DNA of 64,000 nt from Candidatus Zhuqueibacterota bacterium (GCA_049322915.1 JBMOPW010000003.1:100318-164317); one strand, 5' to 3'. Counted from the first letter of the stretch, positions 20,894 to 31,835 are shown. The notes: generated by a model from the letters alone, not told the origin. Numbers and translations are program-made.

Positions 20894-21394
20894 TTAAGAA
20901 GTGGCTGCGGCCTCCGGTTCCAGCTTCACTTCAGAATCCGATTGGCCTCTCAACGGACTGGGACCGAGGTCCTTGACGTGCGAAATCATTTCGGTCACGA
21001 TATTGGCGAACTTCTGGGATTCCGCCGCTGAAATTTGCTCCAGCCGCACGCGCTGTTTTTCGACACCAACGAGGTGCAGCATCTTTTCCACTTTTTCGAA
21101 ATTCTCCGCCGCCCGGCGGGCGCCAAACATGTAATGGCAATCAGCAAAGTGTCACGTGGCCACTAAAACGCCATCCGCACCCAGCTCGAACGCTTTGATG
21201 ATGAACGCCGGATTGATGCGTCCACCGCACATGACGCGGATGATTCGCACGTTTGGCGGATATTGAAACCGATTCACCCCGGCGCCGTCCGCGGCCGGGT
21301 AGCTGCACCAGTTGCAGCAGAACGCGACCAGTTTGGGGTCGTAATCGTCCTGCTGTTTCGTCGTCTTTTTCCGGGTCTTGGTTTTTCCTGTCAT
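20894..21394 (-). CDS. mvhD: MvhD/FlpD-type [2Fe-2S] subunit; selenoprotein (UGA at 21152-21154), about 166 aa
   Basis: FCCNWCSY...RVMCGGR...[22 protein letters not shown]...ISAAE in one frame. Confidence 0.92.
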
Positions 21395-21869
21395 GAAAAG
21401 TCGCCTTCTTAAATGAGTCTCATTCGCAAGCCTTAAAAGGCTTAACGTATTTGATTTGATATTGTTATCCACGCCAAAAATGACGTAGCTATTCATTGAA
21501 AAAGCTAAAAGTCAGACACCTTGAATAGCCCCGACTTTTAAGTCGGGGAACAGAAAGTCACCTTTGATTTTTGGGCGTTAGCTCCTTTTTAGCGTCGAAT
21601 TATTCTGAGACTGTGCAATTCAGTTTCATTTTTAAAACCAAATTCAGCATTTCAGAATCGATCATTTTGACAATTTCTTTTTCTGTGCGCCTTTGAGACT
21701 CTGAGGCTGGATAGTTACCAAAATTTCAATCGCCAAAACTGCTTGAAAATTGGCTTTTGAAATTTTAAATTTATCTGTTATTTGCTTTTTTGAGTTTTGT
21801 TTTTTCCCGCCTGCAAGTCTCAAAGACTCGAAATTATAAAACAACATTCGAGTCTTCGCGGTGAAAAAG

Positions 21870-24800
21870 CTATTCATTAAAGATCGCTTCCATCTGCGCT
21901 TCAATCTGGTCATTCGTGAAATGGCGAATATCAATCGCGCCGGTGGGACAGACTGCTGCGCAACTGCCGCAACCCTTGCACAGCGCTTCATTCACAAGCA
22001 CGGCCATGCCGCCGTCAGGTGTCTCTTTCAGCGTCAGCGCATTGAATTCGCAGACCTGCACACAGCGGCCGCAGGCGCGACAGAACCGCGTATTGGCCGT
22101 TGACACAATGGGCTCCAGCGTAATCGTGTCCTCGGATAGCAGCGCCGACACTTTGGCCGCAACTGCCGAAGCCTGGGAAATCGAGTCCGCAATATCCTTG
22201 GGACCCTGGGCGCAGCCGCAGAGGAAAACCCCCTCCATGGAAGTCTCCACCGGTCCCAACTTGGGATGCCGCTCCATGAAGAAGCGGTCGGAACTGCGAT
22301 GAATTTTCAGTAAATTCACGAGGGTATCGCTCTCTTTTTCATCCGGCACCATGCCCAGAGATAAAATGACCGCATCCACCGGGTACTCCACAATGTCGCT
22401 GTTCTGCTTGTTCGGCAATGTCAGTGACGACACTTTTTTCTTGCCATTGAATTGCGGCGGGTTATTTTTTTCATACGGAATGAACAGCACGCCGGCGCCG
22501 CGCGCCTCGCGATACATTTCTTCTGCGCCGCGGCTGTACACGCGCACATCGCGATGAAATACCATCACCTGAATACCCATCTTTCGCAGGGCAAGGGACT
22601 GTTTGATCGCAGCCTGACAGCAATAGCGGGAGCACCCCGGATTGCCCTTTGGCCCGCGCGAGCCCACGCACTGAATAAATGCCACTGTTTTCGGTTTCTT
22701 CCCGTCGACTTCCAGGTATTCGCCGCGGGAGATGAGGCTTTCGAAATACTCATTGGTGAACACATTGGAAAAAATGCCGTAACCAAATTCGCCCCGTTCC
22801 GGCATGTAAAGATTGGAACCAATGGCCACGACAATGGCGCCGACTTTGATCGGCTCTGGCGTCATACCAGGGTCATCGTGCGTCGCCAGGTGCACTTCAA
22901 AATTACCCACAAAACCGTGCACCTGCTTTACCTCCGTGGAGGTGTGAACCATGACGCCCAGCCTGTTCAACTCTTTGATTTTATCGGCTATTAAATCCTC
23001 GCCCGAATTGAAACCGGGGTACAACGTGGAAAGGCATCGCACGCGTCCGCCCAGCTCTTTCTTTTTTTCGATGAGACTGACATGAAATCCTTTTCCGGCC
23101 AGGTCGATGGCCGCCTGAATTCCTGCCACACCACCGCCGATGATCAGCGTATCATGATTGACCCGCAATTTACGTATTTCCAGCGGCGTGAGCAGACGCG
23201 CTTTGGCCACGCCCATGCGCACCAGATCTTTGGCTTTCTGCGTGGCTTCCCGGGGATTGTGTTGATGCACCCAGGAGCACTGGTCGCGGATGTTCACCAT
23301 TTCGAACAGGTAGGGATTCAGGCCCACTTTGGCAAGGCTCGCCTGAAAAATCGGTTCGTGTGTTTTGGGAGTACAGGCGGCCACCAATACGCGGTTCAAT
23401 CTGTGTTCAAATATTTTTTTCTGAATATCGGTCTGGGTGCTGGCGGCGCACGCGAACATTGTCTCTTCGCACAGAACAACGTTCTTCAATTTCCGGGCAT
23501 ACTCCGCCACAGCCGCCACATCCACCACACCGGAGATATTGATGCCGCAGTGACAGACGAACACGCCAATGCGCGGCTCCCCGCTGATTTTCACCTGCGG
23601 GATGACCTCCTCGACCCGCTGAATTTTGTGATCCAACACATGCCGGGCAGCCCGAACCGCTGCCCCGGAGGCGTCGGCAATGGAATCCGTGATGTCCTTG
23701 GGACTGATGGCGCATCCGGCGAGGTAGACGCCCTCGCGCGTTGCATCAAGTGGAATTCCGCAGGGATCGCTCTGTTTGAAAAATCCGTCCCGGTCGATCT
23801 CTATCCCCAGCACATCGCCCAGTTGGCGGCTGCCCTCCGATGGCGTCAACGCCGATGAAAGCACGACCACGTCGAACGCCTGCTTTTCAATTTTACCGGT
23901 CTCTGTATTTTCAAAGACAACGACCGATTTGCCAGTCCCTGGATCGTCCACCACCTTGGACGGTTTGGCTTTCACAAAGTGCAGTTTTTTGATATTGGCA
24001 GCGCGCTCGAAAAACTCCTCGAAGCCCTTGCCAAACGCGCGAATATCGATGTAAAAAATGGTCAAGTCCGAATTCGGGTAATGCTCGTGAATGAGCATGG
24101 CGTCTTTCATGGCGTTCATGCAGCAGATGCGGCTGCAATATTGAATATCCCGCTTGATATTGCGCGAACCGACGCACTGGATGAATGCGATGGTTTTCGG
24201 TGTTTTACAGTCTGTGAATTTGACAAGTTCGCCGCGGGTGGGACCGCTGGCCGAGAGGATTCGCTCAAGTTCCATGCTAGTCACCACGTTCTGAAATCGG
24301 GTGTAGCCCAATTCGCTCGCTTCGCGCGGGTCATAGTAGTCGACGCCGGTGCTGACGATGATGGAACCGACATTCTTCTCCACAATCTGGTCGCGCTCAT
24401 CATAATCGATGCAGTTTTTCTCGCACGCGTCCGCGCATTTGGAGCAGGCCAGGGGGAGAGTTCCGAGGCAATCTTTTTCATAACGGATGTAGGCAGAAGG
24501 GACAGCCTGCGGGAAGGGGGTGAAAATCGCTTTGCGGGTGCCCAGTCCGATTTCGAATTCATTGGGCACCGTCACCGGGCAGACTTTGGCGCACTCGCCG
24601 CAGCCGGTGCATTCATCGATATTGACGAACCGCGCTTTTTTCAAAATTCTGACGTTGAAATCACCGGCCTTACCTGTGACTTCGAGGACAACGCTGTTGG
24701 TGAATAGCTGAATATTGGGATGCCGACCGACATCCATCATTTTTGGACCGAGAATTCAGATGGCGCAGTCCATAGAGGGAAAGGTCTTATCGAGCTGCGC

Positions 24801-24923
24801 CATCTTCCCTCCGATGCTCGGTTCGCGCTCCACTAAATAAACCTGGATTTGCGAATTGGCCAAATCCAGCGCCGCCTGCATGCCGGCGATACCGCCGCCG
24901 ATTACCAGTACGCCTTTGTTCAC
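21870..24923 (-). CDS. hdrA: double-module HdrA-like flavoprotein; selenoprotein (UGA at 24756-24758), about 1017 aa
   Basis: GGAGG RBS plus GTG start; GGGIAG...[27 protein letters not shown]; second module [10 protein letters not shown]...GGGVAG; C-terminal ferredoxin. Confidence 0.92.
24718..24735 (-). promoter_or_regulatory. bacterial SECIS-like hairpin of the second hdrA
   Basis: Minus strand GGATGTC-GGTC-GGCATCC (one G-U pair), same spacing from the UGA as in the other hdrA. Confidence 0.72.
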
Positions 24924-25187
24924 GGATTTCCTCCACAATGTGTCTGCGGATCGTTTAAATATTGCTTTTCAATTTTGGTTGCATCGTTGCTGGAAATAGA
25001 ATCACTTTGCTGTCAGACGAACGGACTACCTGGCCGATCATCGACGAATCGAGCGCGCTGCTTGTCATTTCGATCATCCAAATCAAGGGCATGAATCGAA
25101 GAAAGCCGGTTCCCGCATTCGCCAACCCATGCGGTGATCAGGCCAATTACATCTCGACTCGCCGGCTCAGCAGCGTCCGTGCTTTTT

Positions 25188-25742
25188 CTAATTTTTTACC
25201 TGAAACTGCTCCATGCCGAAGTCATAACCCTTATCGAACGCCTTCAGATTGAGCTCTTCAGTGCCTTTGGGCACCGATAATTCCACGGTCTTGCGGACCG
25301 AATCCTTGTCAACAACCTTACATACAGCCGTAAAGAATCCCAGCATCACGATATTCAGGACAATCTTTCGACCGATCTCCTCGGCCAGTCGAGTCGCTGG
25401 CACTTTGTACACCGTGATTTTGTCCCGAACCTGAACGTCCTTGACCAGGTCTTCATCAACCAGCAGGATGCCGTCATTCTTCAATTCAGGCTCAAATTTG
25501 GTGTACGCTTCCTGTGACATGGAAATTAAAATATCAGGTCTGGTCAGATAGGGATAGAGAATTTTTTCATCCGAAACAATGACCTGCGCGCTGCATGCGC
25601 TGCCGCGCGCTTCCGGCCCGAAACTCTGGTTCAGCGTGGCATGTTTACCAGCCTGAATTGCCGCCGCCTTGCCGATGAGATAGCCGCACAAAATGACGCC
25701 CTGTCCACCAAATCCGGTGACGCGTATTTCAGTTTTTGCCAT
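25188..25742 (-). CDS. korC: 2-oxoacid:ferredoxin oxidoreductase gamma subunit
   Basis: GFGGQGVI, QSFGPEARGS, NIVMLG, NLKAFDKG; GAGGAGG RBS. Confidence 0.9.
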   Translation of the reverse strand: MAKTEIRVTGFGGQGVILCGYLIGKAAAIQAGKHATLNQSFGPEARGSACSAQVIVSDEKILYPYLTRPDILISMSQEAYTKFEPELKNDGILLVDEDLVKDVQVRDKITVYKVPATRLAEEIGRKIVLNIVMLGFFTAVCKVVDKDSVRKTVELSVPKGTEELNLKAFDKGYDFGMEQFQVKN

Positions 25743-25961
25743 TATTTTTATTCCTCCTCGGAGAGAGTTTTTCGCCTCGAAGGCGCCAGGACTCGAAGGA
25801 AAACATTTTGTATTGAAAAAAAATTGTTCGGCGTTTTTGCAAAATTTCACTGGTAGTGCTATTCGATTTTCGCCGCTGGAGTTTCAATAATTTTTTATTG
25901 CCATGCCTGTTTTTCTTTTCGAGTCTTAAAGTCTTCGTGGCAATCATCTATCAAACTAAAA

Positions 25962-26852
25962 TCAAGCTGCTTCTTCTTTTGCTTGTTTGACGGCGCCATA
26001 AGGCACGAACTTGTCGCCCAGCTTTTGCGATAGCCAGCCATTCCAGTTATCGATGAATGTGGGTTTTTCCTTGTCAACGAATTTGCCCACGATAATTTTT
26101 TCCTGAAAGGCGATGTCCAGTTCATCGAGACTGGCGCCATGCTTGATCTCGCTGTTATCGTGATAGAATTTCATCAGATCCAGACCGGTGCCCAGTCGAT
26201 TGCGTCGCGCGTACAACGTCGAGCAAGGTGCGATCACTTCGACGAACGAAAAACCGCGTTTGTTCAAAGCCTCGGTCATGGAACGGGTCAGGCGGCGAAT
26301 GTGGAGCGACGTCCATCGGGCGACATACGTTGCGCCGCACGACGCAGCAAGCATCGGCAAATTGAACGGCATATCACTGTTGCCGTAGGGCGACGTGGAA
26401 CTGTTCGCGCGAAGCGGCGTTGTTGGAGCGCATTGTCCGCCGGTCATGGCGTAGATGAAATTATTCACGCAGATCACGGTGAGGTCCATGTTCCTTCGCG
26501 CCGCATGGATGAGGTGATTCCCGCCAATGGAAATTAAATCGCCATCGCCGCTGAACACGATCACTTTCAGCTCCGGGTTGGCCAACTTCAACCCGGTGGC
26601 AAAAGGAATGGCGCGTCCGTGAGTTGTGTGAAACGAATCCAGCTTGATGTAACCAGCTACCCGTCCGGTGCAGCCAATCCCGGAGACGATGGCGATTTTA
26701 TCCAGCGGATAATCGAATTTTTCCAATGCAGCGATGAAACAAGAGACTGCCGTGCCAATGCCGCATGTCGGACACCAGATATGAGGGATGCGATCCATCC
26801 GCAGCAATTTCTCCATGGGATGTTCCGGCAGATTATCTTTTATCGTACTCAT
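25962..26852 (-). CDS. korB: 2-oxoacid:ferredoxin oxidoreductase beta subunit (TPP-binding)
   Basis: WCPTCG, SGIGC, HGRA, GDGD...NN, MTGGQ. Confidence 0.93.
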   Translation of the reverse strand: MSTIKDNLPEHPMEKLLRMDRIPHIWCPTCGIGTAVSCFIAALEKFDYPLDKIAIVSGIGCTGRVAGYIKLDSFHTTHGRAIPFATGLKLANPELKVIVFSGDGDLISIGGNHLIHAARRNMDLTVICVNNFIYAMTGGQCAPTTPLRANSSTSPYGNSDMPFNLPMLAASCGATYVARWTSLHIRRLTRSMTEALNKRGFSFVEVIAPCSTLYARRNRLGTGLDLMKFYHDNSEIKHGASLDELDIAFQEKIIVGKFVDKEKPTFIDNWNGWLSQKLGDKFVPYGAVKQAKEEAA

Positions 26853-28006
26853 TTGACTGCCTCCTGTATTACTTTGAAAATTTTATCCGGATCATGGACC
26901 CAGCCGCCGGCATGGGGCACATGAAATACCTTTGCTTTGCCACAAACCACTCGCTCCAATTCCAGCACCACCTGGCCCAGATTGATTTCCGGCATCACGA
27001 ACGCTTTGGCCGTTTTTGCCAGTTCTCTCACGCGTCGTTCCGGGAATGGCCACACGGTGATCATTTTTACAAATCCCACTTTTATGCCTTTTTCCCGCGC
27101 CTTAAAAACCGCCGGCATGGCCACGCGGGACGTGATTCCGTAGGCCATCACAATGACGTCGGCATCTTCGGTCTGATCTTCCTCGATTTCAATAATGTCG
27201 TCCGCGTTCTTCTTTATTTTATCGCACAGTCGGTTGACGAGTTTGTCCTGGGTTTCCGCGGTCATGACCGGGTAGCCGCGTTCGTCATGGGTCAAGCCGG
27301 TGGAGTGAATGCGATAGCCTTCCCCAACGACGATCATTTCCGGCACCAAATCCTTGCCGGCCTTGTAGGGCAAATATTTATCCGGCGGCAATTTGGTCAA
27401 GCGCCGGGGAGTAATTTCGATGTCATCCGCCGCAGGGATAACGACTTTCTCGGTCATGTGGCCCACGCATTCATCCAGCATCAGCAGCACAGGCACGCGA
27501 TATTTTTCAGCAAGATTAAAGCATTTAATGGTGTAATCGAAACTTTCCTGCGGCGACGCCGGGCTCACCGCGATGATTTCATAGTCTCCGTGAGAGCCCC
27601 AGCGCGCCTGCATCATATCCTGCTGGCCAACCATGGTGGGCAGTCCGGTCGACGGGCCGCCGCGTTGCACGTTCACGACGACGCATGGCGTCTCCATCAT
27701 CACGGCTAATCCGATATTTTCCATCATCAGCGAAAAGCCGGGACCGGACGTGACCGTCATCGTCTTCTTCCCGCCCCAGGCGCCGCCGACCACCGCGGCC
27801 ATGGAACCGAGTTCATCTTCCATTTGAATGAAGATTCCGCCGATAGTGGGAATTCTGGAGACGAACCGTTCCGCCACTTCGGTGGATGGAGTGATTGGAT
27901 AGCCTGCAAAAAACCGACAGCCGGCCGCCAGGGCGCCTTCGGTGCAGGCATGGTCGCCATCGAGATAATGTTCGCCAGTCAAAACGCCTTTGGGATCAGC
28001 TTTCAA
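26849..28006 (-). CDS. korA: 2-oxoacid:ferredoxin oxidoreductase alpha subunit
   Basis: GYPITPSTE, QMEDE, TSGPGFSLM, QRGGPSTGLPT; TTG start with GGAGG RBS. Confidence 0.93.
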   Translation of the reverse strand: MKADPKGVLTGEHYLDGDHACTEGALAAGCRFFAGYPITPSTEVAERFVSRIPTIGGIFIQMEDELGSMAAVVGGAWGGKKTMTVTSGPGFSLMMENIGLAVMMETPCVVVNVQRGGPSTGLPTMVGQQDMMQARWGSHGDYEIIAVSPASPQESFDYTIKCFNLAEKYRVPVLLMLDECVGHMTEKVVIPAADDIEITPRRLTKLPPDKYLPYKAGKDLVPEMIVVGEGYRIHSTGLTHDERGYPVMTAETQDKLVNRLCDKIKKNADDIIEIEEDQTEDADVIVMAYGITSRVAMPAVFKAREKGIKVGFVKMITVWPFPERRVRELAKTAKAFVMPEINLGQVVLELERVVCGKAKVFHVPHAGGWVHDPDKIFKVIQEAVK

Positions 28007-28274
28007 CGATTCGTTCCTCCTCTTTTAAGGTTACAAAAATCGCGAATTCAGGACAGAGCATCTCGCACAACTGACAATGAACGCACGCTTCGGGTTTCAC
28101 TGCTTCCGGCGGATGGTACCCTTTGATATTGAATTCCCCGGAAATTTCCAATACATCCTTGGGGCAATACTCCACGCAGAACGCACATCCCTTGCATCGA
28201 TCTCGGACAATATGGATTTCTCCGTGTGGGACCTTGATTCTGTCCGCATCGAGAGGTTTACGCCAATATTGCAT
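27996..28274 (-). CDS. korD: 2-oxoacid:ferredoxin oxidoreductase delta subunit (2x4Fe-4S ferredoxin)
   Basis: CKGCAFCVEYCP and CVHCQLCEMLCPEFAI. Confidence 0.88.
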   Translation of the reverse strand: MQYWRKPLDADRIKVPHGEIHIVRDRCKGCAFCVEYCPKDVLEISGEFNIKGYHPPEAVKPEACVHCQLCEMLCPEFAIFVTLKEEERIVES

Positions 28275-28429
28275 ATTCGCTCTCCACATTTAGTTTATGA
28301 AATTTTCCAATCGTAGCTTCGGGGGAAATTTAATCCTTCAAACATGATGACTAATTTTGTATCGTTAAAAAGAACGAAGGGGCACATCCGTCGTTATTTT
28401 TTCATAAAGAGATTTGATGCTGAATTCTG

Positions 28430-30085
28430 CTACTTCATCAATATCAATTTCTTTGAATCAAAGAATTTCCCGGCCCGAAAATAACACACATAAATACCCG
28501 AACTGACCTGAATACCTGCATCATCTCGCCCATCCCAATGGGCAAGATGGAAGCCACCAGTTTTATATTCTCCATTGATCAATGTTTTAATTTTTTGACC
28601 CATCATATTATAGATTTCCAATGTGACAAGGTTACTCTCTGGCAATTGAAAACGGATCGTGGTTGATGAATTAAATGGATTCGGCCAATTCTGGGATAAA
28701 CCATATTCACTGGGGAGTTGCGTTTCAATTGGGTGCTTGATCGACGTTATCATCCCTAATTGCCCATACTTATTGACTCGTTGGGCAAAAATACCATAAT
28801 GAGGTTCGCTTTCTCGCTCATACCAGACGATTATTATGCCGTTATCACCATCACTAATCATATCATAATTAGAGTATACCCAGGCATAACATGAAAATAA
28901 AATACCATTATTATTCCATTGTTCTTCACCTTTGTTATTAAGTTTTTGCATTTTTCCATTTTCATTCCACAAACTATCACGAAACACACATATTACATTT
29001 CCTTGCTCGTCTGATAATAAATTTGGATCGCTAAGGTAAAAACCAAAAGATATATTGTCTTCCAACCATAGTAAATTTCCGCTACTATCGATTCTGTCAT
29101 AATGATAAATGTATGAGCTATCGATCCAGGAAATATATGCTCCGTGTTCTCTGTCTTGAACAATGGAAGTCATAAATTTCATAGGAATGCCGGAATCTAT
29201 AAAAATACCATTTTCTTCCCAAAGTGCCACTCCTTCATTATTTAATCGTTGTATATAAAATTTATAGTTAAAATTATTATGATTAAAATAATAGAAAATA
29301 GCCCCTCCAGCCCCATCGGAAACAAGAGAGTAATCCGTCATTCTGCCAGGAATATCAGCCACATGCCAGGTAATTTCGCCATTCATATCAAAACGAAAAA
29401 TTCCCTCGGAACATGAAACAATAAAACCGTTATTTCCGTCGTTGATAATTGCCATTGAGGGATCCTGGCTGAAAAGGGGCGCTAAAATTTTTACTGAATC
29501 TTCAAGCCATAAAAATTCACCTGTTGACGATATCCTTTGTAAATTAATGGCATTATCAACTGGATAATCATAGCTATACTGGCTTGCCCATGCAATTACA
29601 ACACCGCCTGAATCATCCGAAGCCATTCCTGCCTGAAAAGCATAATTAATGCCATTGCTAATGCGCATGCCGTTTTCCTGCCATAATACCTGTCCATTGG
29701 AATCAACGTGCTGGAGATAAACATCAGAACTATCCATTAAATAACCAGGCTTTACGCTGCGGCGAAAATCTAGCCAGACGATATAAGCGCCTCCCTGTCC
29801 ATCACTAGCAATATCTTTAATAGATTGATTCAGTTTTGCCCGGCAAATCGGTACTCCATTTGTTGCCCATTTAAGATATCCCGCGCTATCTATCCTTTGA
29901 GCTACAATATAGTCATAATGCCAGGCGATAATGCCACCTCCTTTACCATCCGTAGTTATAAATGGGCCTTCACCATAGGCACTGATTCTGGCATTCTCCG
30001 AAGGATCCGTAGACCACTGGGCAAAACACAGCTCCAATAATATTAAGAGAAAAACAACTGTCATCAAAGAATATCTGATTTTCAT
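28430..30085 (-). CDS. AT-rich secreted repeat protein with FlgD-Ig/T9SS-like C-terminal domain
   Basis: Signal peptide; repeated SDGxGGAxIxW...QRIDSxG motifs; QNWPNPFN C-terminal domain. Confidence 0.85.
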   Translation of the reverse strand: MKIRYSLMTVVFLLILLELCFAQWSTDPSENARISAYGEGPFITTDGKGGGIIAWHYDYIVAQRIDSAGYLKWATNGVPICRAKLNQSIKDIASDGQGGAYIVWLDFRRSVKPGYLMDSSDVYLQHVDSNGQVLWQENGMRISNGINYAFQAGMASDDSGGVVIAWASQYSYDYPVDNAINLQRISSTGEFLWLEDSVKILAPLFSQDPSMAIINDGNNGFIVSCSEGIFRFDMNGEITWHVADIPGRMTDYSLVSDGAGGAIFYYFNHNNFNYKFYIQRLNNEGVALWEENGIFIDSGIPMKFMTSIVQDREHGAYISWIDSSYIYHYDRIDSSGNLLWLEDNISFGFYLSDPNLLSDEQGNVICVFRDSLWNENGKMQKLNNKGEEQWNNNGILFSCYAWVYSNYDMISDGDNGIIIVWYERESEPHYGIFAQRVNKYGQLGMITSIKHPIETQLPSEYGLSQNWPNPFNSSTTIRFQLPESNLVTLEIYNMMGQKIKTLINGEYKTGGFHLAHWDGRDDAGIQVSSGIYVCYFRAGKFFDSKKLILMK

Positions 30086-30147
30086 CTAAATATCACCTTC
30101 CATCCTATCGGATTAGAGTGAGTTTTTTCGTTTGAACCGATTCATTA
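30002..30147. repeat. about 145-bp direct repeat, copy 1
   Basis: Matches 31752-31897 with few substitutions. Confidence 0.9.
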
Positions 30148-31835
30148 GTTTTGAGTTGATAAAAATAGAGTCCTGATGCGACATCCTGACCATTGATATC
30201 TTTTCCATTCCATGTGATAATATTTTCTCCAACTGCTAAGTTTTTTGATTTTAAACTATACACCTCTTTTCCCAAAATATTATAGATTTTAAAATCAATA
30301 TTACAACAATGAGGTGCTAATAAATAAATTAAGATACTATTATTGAATGGATTTGGATAAGCAGTTTTCAATTTTAATATTTCAGGTAATTTTACCTTCT
30401 TTAAATTTGGAACCAAAGTTGGTCCTCCCAGATAACCATAAACATCAACGCGTTGAGCGCGAAATCCTACAAAATCAGATACAAATTTACCGATTTCATG
30501 CCATAACACTATGCAACCGCCCAAGCTATCAGCTTTCAAACCATGGGACCATGAACTTGCAAGGGTATCGCGCGTTGTAACTGTCGTTATCCAGAGAACT
30601 TCTCCAGTATTAGCTATCTTTGTCAGGTATTTGTACCTTTCTGTTAATAAAAAGGCATCACCATTGGAATCCACAGAAATTTTCTCATCATGCCGATTGA
30701 TCCAATGTGTTGAATAAAAGGATTTATCCCATGATCGATTTCCCTGTCTGTCGAAATGAGTAATGCGAAAAGTATCATTATCAGTATTATAGTAAATATA
30801 GGAACCACCTTTCTGGTCTGATTCAACATCAAAATTATTTCTTTTAATTTTAGAAGTGACAATAATTGGCTCATCTCCCCAGAGTTTATTTCCATCTTCA
30901 TCCAGTTTTTGTACCCTTAAAGTATCGGTCCGAAAATCCTGAAACGCAAAAATTGCTGAATAATTATCAGAAAAACTAAAATCAAAAAAAATATTAAATC
31001 CATAATCACCTGCTCCTATTTCAATCTCCTTTTCACTTATTATTTCTCCTGTATTTGCATTAATCTTTATAAACTTGTCAATAGACACTGGTGGCACAGT
31101 TTCATTAGGATAATAATAGATATTTAGATTCAAATCCTTATCGAGATATGGAATGAGATGATGGCTATAATTAGCTATATTTTTCGGTCCCCAAATAAAC
31201 TCTCCATTACCAGAAATCCGTGCTAAATAGCAGCCGTTCTTTTGGTAATTATCTCCAAAGGTCCCTTCAATTCGATAGAAGCTCACATAAATTCCTCCCT
31301 GTCCATCCAAGCACCAATATGTTATTCGTTGCTTATGGCCGGTACTATCCTCCTCTTCAGGCATTAGTTCCAAACCATTTGGTCCAAACAATCGGTTCCC
31401 ATTGCTATCCAATCGCTGGATATAAGCAAATTGATCGTGATAATCGGATTCTCCATACATACCAATAAATTTTGCTATTTGATATCCAATATAACAACCT
31501 CTTTCACCATCTGACAAAAAGTATTCGATATCTGGGGTCGCGCCTGCTGGAGTTAACCACTGTTCAAGAGGACTGTCACATATTTTTACACCCATTTCAC
31601 CAGGCCAAAGCCGCGCACCATCGACACTCATCCGTTGAACATAAATAACAGCATGTTGTGGGTGAGTCTGCCCTGCTACCAATATTCCATTTTGCATGTC
31701 AGAAGCAATAATTGGGTTTTGTAAATATCTAGAGACAATATTGTTTTCTGCAGGATCAGTCGACCATTGGGCAAAACACAGCTCCAAAAATATTAAGAGA
31801 AAAACAATTGTCATCAAAGAATATCTGATTTTCAT
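30105..31835 (-). CDS. AT-rich secreted protein, paralogue of the neighbour, with FlgD-Ig/T9SS-like C-terminal domain
   Basis: Near-identical signal peptide MKIRYSLMT...CFAQWSTDP; YPNPFN C-terminal domain. Confidence 0.85.
   Translation of the reverse strand: MKIRYSLMTIVFLLIFLELCFAQWSTDPAENNIVSRYLQNPIIASDMQNGILVAGQTHPQHAVIYVQRMSVDGARLWPGEMGVKICDSPLEQWLTPAGATPDIEYFLSDGERGCYIGYQIAKFIGMYGESDYHDQFAYIQRLDSNGNRLFGPNGLELMPEEEDSTGHKQRITYWCLDGQGGIYVSFYRIEGTFGDNYQKNGCYLARISGNGEFIWGPKNIANYSHHLIPYLDKDLNLNIYYYPNETVPPVSIDKFIKINANTGEIISEKEIEIGAGDYGFNIFFDFSFSDNYSAIFAFQDFRTDTLRVQKLDEDGNKLWGDEPIIVTSKIKRNNFDVESDQKGGSYIYYNTDNDTFRITHFDRQGNRSWDKSFYSTHWINRHDEKISVDSNGDAFLLTERYKYLTKIANTGEVLWITTVTTRDTLASSWSHGLKADSLGGCIVLWHEIGKFVSDFVGFRAQRVDVYGYLGGPTLVPNLKKVKLPEILKLKTAYPNPFNNSILIYLLAPHCCNIDFKIYNILGKEVYSLKSKNLAVGENIITWNGKDINGQDVASGLYFYQLKTNESVQTKKLTLIR

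Noticed and set aside
15396..24938. hdrA and mvhD as nonsense-mutated pseudogenes or separate small ORFs
   Set aside because: All three stops are TGA at conserved Cys positions with downstream hairpins; Sec recoding is more parsimonious
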